Below, piece by piece: positions 61,635-64,000 of a stretch of DNA of 64,000 nucleotides. Positions within the stretch are counted from its first letter, which is position 1; each line of letters opens with the position of its first letter. The notes under the pieces were generated by a model. That model made no database searches. It saw only the letters and a list, made by a program, of their open reading frames with translations, and had not been told where the DNA came from. Position numbers and translations under genes: made by a program. The stretch lies in contig RHPI01002714.1 of assembly GCA_009103225.1 (NCBI GenBank), positions 41,329 to 105,328 on the forward strand. Direction: 5' to 3'. This stretch comes from Chlorokybus atmophyticus. Taxonomy: Eukaryota > Plantae > Mesostigma and Chlorokybus algae.

Positions 61635-63363
61635 TCAAGCCTCATAGTTCCATGACACAGGAGGGTAGTCACAGCGCATATCCATTGTTTCAAGCATGAG
61701 ACGCCCTATGCACTCCGCCATTGCGGGAGGAACTGCATTCGCTATGGAAACGGCCGAGGTCATCCATGGCACTCCCAGCGCTGTTTGCCACGCAGCAATG
61801 CCGCCCCTGGTGCTTGGAAGGCCATAGACCGGGTACATCTGCTGTGGCGCGTTTGATGTCACGATTGTCTTCTTCGCGCTAGCGGACAGGTGCGGCGATA
61901 GCAGTCCAACTGCCTTGCCCGCGTGCGAGCAGCGTGCTGGTGGGGTAGCTACCACTGGCTGTGTCTCAAACAGACGGTGTCGAAAAATTGATAGGCCAAA
62001 CATCGTGCCACAAAGGGACAGATTGAGTCTGAATGAGGAAGCTGCTCCTGGCACATTCTCAATCACAAACTTGACCTGGCTTGCAAGCAGCAGACGTCGG
62101 ACGAGCGGTATCATATCCTGGTGTCTCCAGTATGTGCCATGTGCCGCCCGTTGAGGTGCCGGGATAGCACCTGAATAGACCTGGCATGGTGGACTGGCCC
62201 AGATGAGCTCGTACTCGCTCAGCTCTCCTGCGCTCAGGGTGCATACATTGCGGTGTATGAAGGGCAGCGGGTACTCAGAGGAGGGACTTATGTCCATCCC
62301 GGTCACGTCAAAGCTTGCGTGGTATAGACCGACACTGGCACCGCCACCGCCGCAGAATAGGTCGAGTGCCCTTGGTCTGCGTGTGCGTCCCAGCTTGTTG
62401 TCAAATGGCGTGTATGTGGTCAAGGCTGGCCGTGGTGCTGGCCAGGGACTAACAATGATGCCGTCCGGGCTTACTTTGCGACTGACGTTCTCCCCTCCGG
62501 CGCGCAGAACATGGCGTGCCCCGTCAACTGATGTGTACGCGAATACGTTGTGCCCTTTGAAGTTGATGGTTTGTGGTCGATCACCGTCATCGAATACTAT
62601 ACGGTGCTGCCCTGCAAAGACATTTTCCATTGCACCATGCATATATGATGCGTCTTCAATCTCGCACGCCACGGAGCGATGCTGACCTGACGCTTGCTTG
62701 AATAATTCCACAACGCCCGCATACCATTCCCCATCCAGCGGCCAATGCACCATGACACTCACACCGATCAGCTGCTCGCATCCCAACTTAACTGCGTTCC
62801 GCAGCCGATGCAGTGCGCTGTCCAACGGTCGATGGTCTGCCTCCTCTACAGCGGCCAGGGGATGGAACTGCCCACGCCCACACCGTGCAAGACTGCTCTG
62901 AATGCGACAACAGCTTCAACATGCATGAAATAAGCATACGCCCAACATAACATGCAGTGATACGTCGCGGTCCACTCTTGTGGATTACCTCCACAGCATC
63001 CACCACCTGTCCACTAACCACATGTCCCGGTGTTGTCCATGTGAAGAAGCGCATGGGTTCCCCTCGCCACTCGAAGCATGAGCGCGAGCACGATTCGCAC
63101 ACGCACTGCACGCAATGGAAAAACTCGGGTTCCTTGCACAGCACTTCGCCGAGGCGGCAGCCAAACACGTCGACATTGTGTGTGGTGTGATGCCAGCAAG
63201 CAGCACTAATATCGTGGCACACTGTCTGCACTCGCTGGCATTCGGTCAAGTGTGCTCGCATTTGCTGCCTACGGCCATTGGCACATTCGTACGCATTGCA
63301 TTGTGGGCACACCAAGCATGGTCTCCTAGGTGAGGGTGATTCAACTGCTGCCGCCGACATCAT
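61635..63363 (-). CDS. Cys/His Zn module-Tudor-C5 DNA cytosine methyltransferase, apparently intact copy
   Basis: Continuous 396-aa Tudor+MTase frame containing a 75-nt in-frame intron (62612-62686). Motifs DLFCGGGG, WASPPCQ, IENV, RHRLFE, NAVPP are all intact. A Cys-rich exon upstream can be joined in frame by a GT-AG intron (e.g. 62846-62939). Confidence 0.88.
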
Positions 63364-63917
63364 GCAAAATAGGAATCGGCACGGCTGCCCACAAACTGAG
63401 CGAGACTTTAGGGTATGGGCATCAATTTAGGGTTGCCAGCTTACGAACCCTAAATGGGTCAAACTTCAAGTAAAGCACGTGTACCTTATACGCTATTGCA
63501 GTACCATGCATGGTACTACATAAAAATGAATGGTACTCCATCTGTTAATGGTACTACAGTACAAGGATACTCGCATACTACCACGATTGTAGAGTATTAA
63601 TGTGCTGTCATGCCATGGAACCCAGAGCGCTGTCCGAGTTTGTTGCTGTCAACCACGCTCTAAACCAGCGAGGTATGCAAGCCATGCACTGACTCATGCG
63701 CCGGGCAGTCATCATACACATGTACAGCCAATGCTTCTAACAACAGCAGATCTCTGGTGCACCATGCACCATGCTGCAACTATACATGTACCTACATGGT
63801 TCACAGGAAGCCTACACAAAACTACAAAACATGCACAATTGGCATCAAGGCGGGGGCCAAATCACCGCCGACACGTTGGCGTCTTGCATTAGGCGTGGCG
63901 ACCAAAACGGGTGAGGT

Positions 63918-64000
63918 TGTTGAAGGACTAGCATGCACATGTAGTTGAGGCAAGCATAGATGCACAGAGACAGAGCTACCGCCACCAGAGCATACACAAG
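63918..64000. mobile_element. Probable start of another copia-type LTR inserted into copy B
   Basis: Homology to copy A stops abruptly at GAGGT and the new sequence begins TGTTGAAGG, like the other copia LTR ends here. Only 83 bp are visible. Confidence 0.55.

Larger units (their letters stand above)
51643..63917 (+). repeat. Direct duplication of 2196-14433 (offset ~49.45 kb)
   Basis: Colinear near-identical ORFs and intergenic DNA throughout, with scattered substitutions and small indels. Confidence 0.97.
56317..63917. mobile_element. Plavaka-type transposon, copy B (left 7.6 kb)
   Basis: Begins with the perfect TIR CACTACGTCGCAA and is colinear with 6861-14433. Confidence 0.9.

Noticed and set aside
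61635-62825. Bacterial contamination, prophage or restriction-modification system as the source of the MTase
   Set aside because: The gene has spliceosomal GT-AG introns shared between paralogs, a Tudor fusion and no partner nuclease, and it is embedded in eukaryotic transposons.

Overview
Eukaryotic, intron-rich and almost entirely transposon-derived DNA. A green alga is my best guess, inferred from the half-tRNA-Met copia PBS, a PHD-bearing gypsy integrase and ~60-110 nt GT-AG introns. No rRNA, tRNA or CRISPR array is visible. The window is a nest of elements. (1) The 3' end of a young chromodomain Ty3/gypsy (1-2195). (2) An old PHD-type gypsy remnant split by later insertions (3240-22660, partly repeated at 52691-56316). 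(3) A gag-protease-only copia (4027-6604 and 53476-56060). (4) A 14.6-kb DNA transposon with 13-bp CACTA-type TIRs and a Plavaka-family transposase (6861-21439; second copy starts at 56317). (5) One 7-exon host-like gene for a secreted repeat protein (22661-24262, minus). (6) A decayed copia (27630-31014). (7) A 21.7-kb En/Spm (CACTA) transposon with CACCG-type TIRs (31015-52690). About 12.2 kb (2196-14433) is repeated ~49.45 kb downstream (51643-63917), and LTR insertions mask both ends of the match. The most striking result is that both DNA transposons, whose transposases belong to different families, carry the same cargo. One cargo gene encodes Cys/His Zn module + Tudor domain + a short, prokaryote/phage-style C5 DNA cytosine methyltransferase (three copies; the one at 61635-63363 looks intact). 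The other encodes an OTU-like deubiquitinase. The En/Spm element also has an NSD-type PHD-C5HCH reader spliced to a ULP1 SUMO protease. All domain calls are by-eye motif recognition, not database searches, and novelty is unverified.
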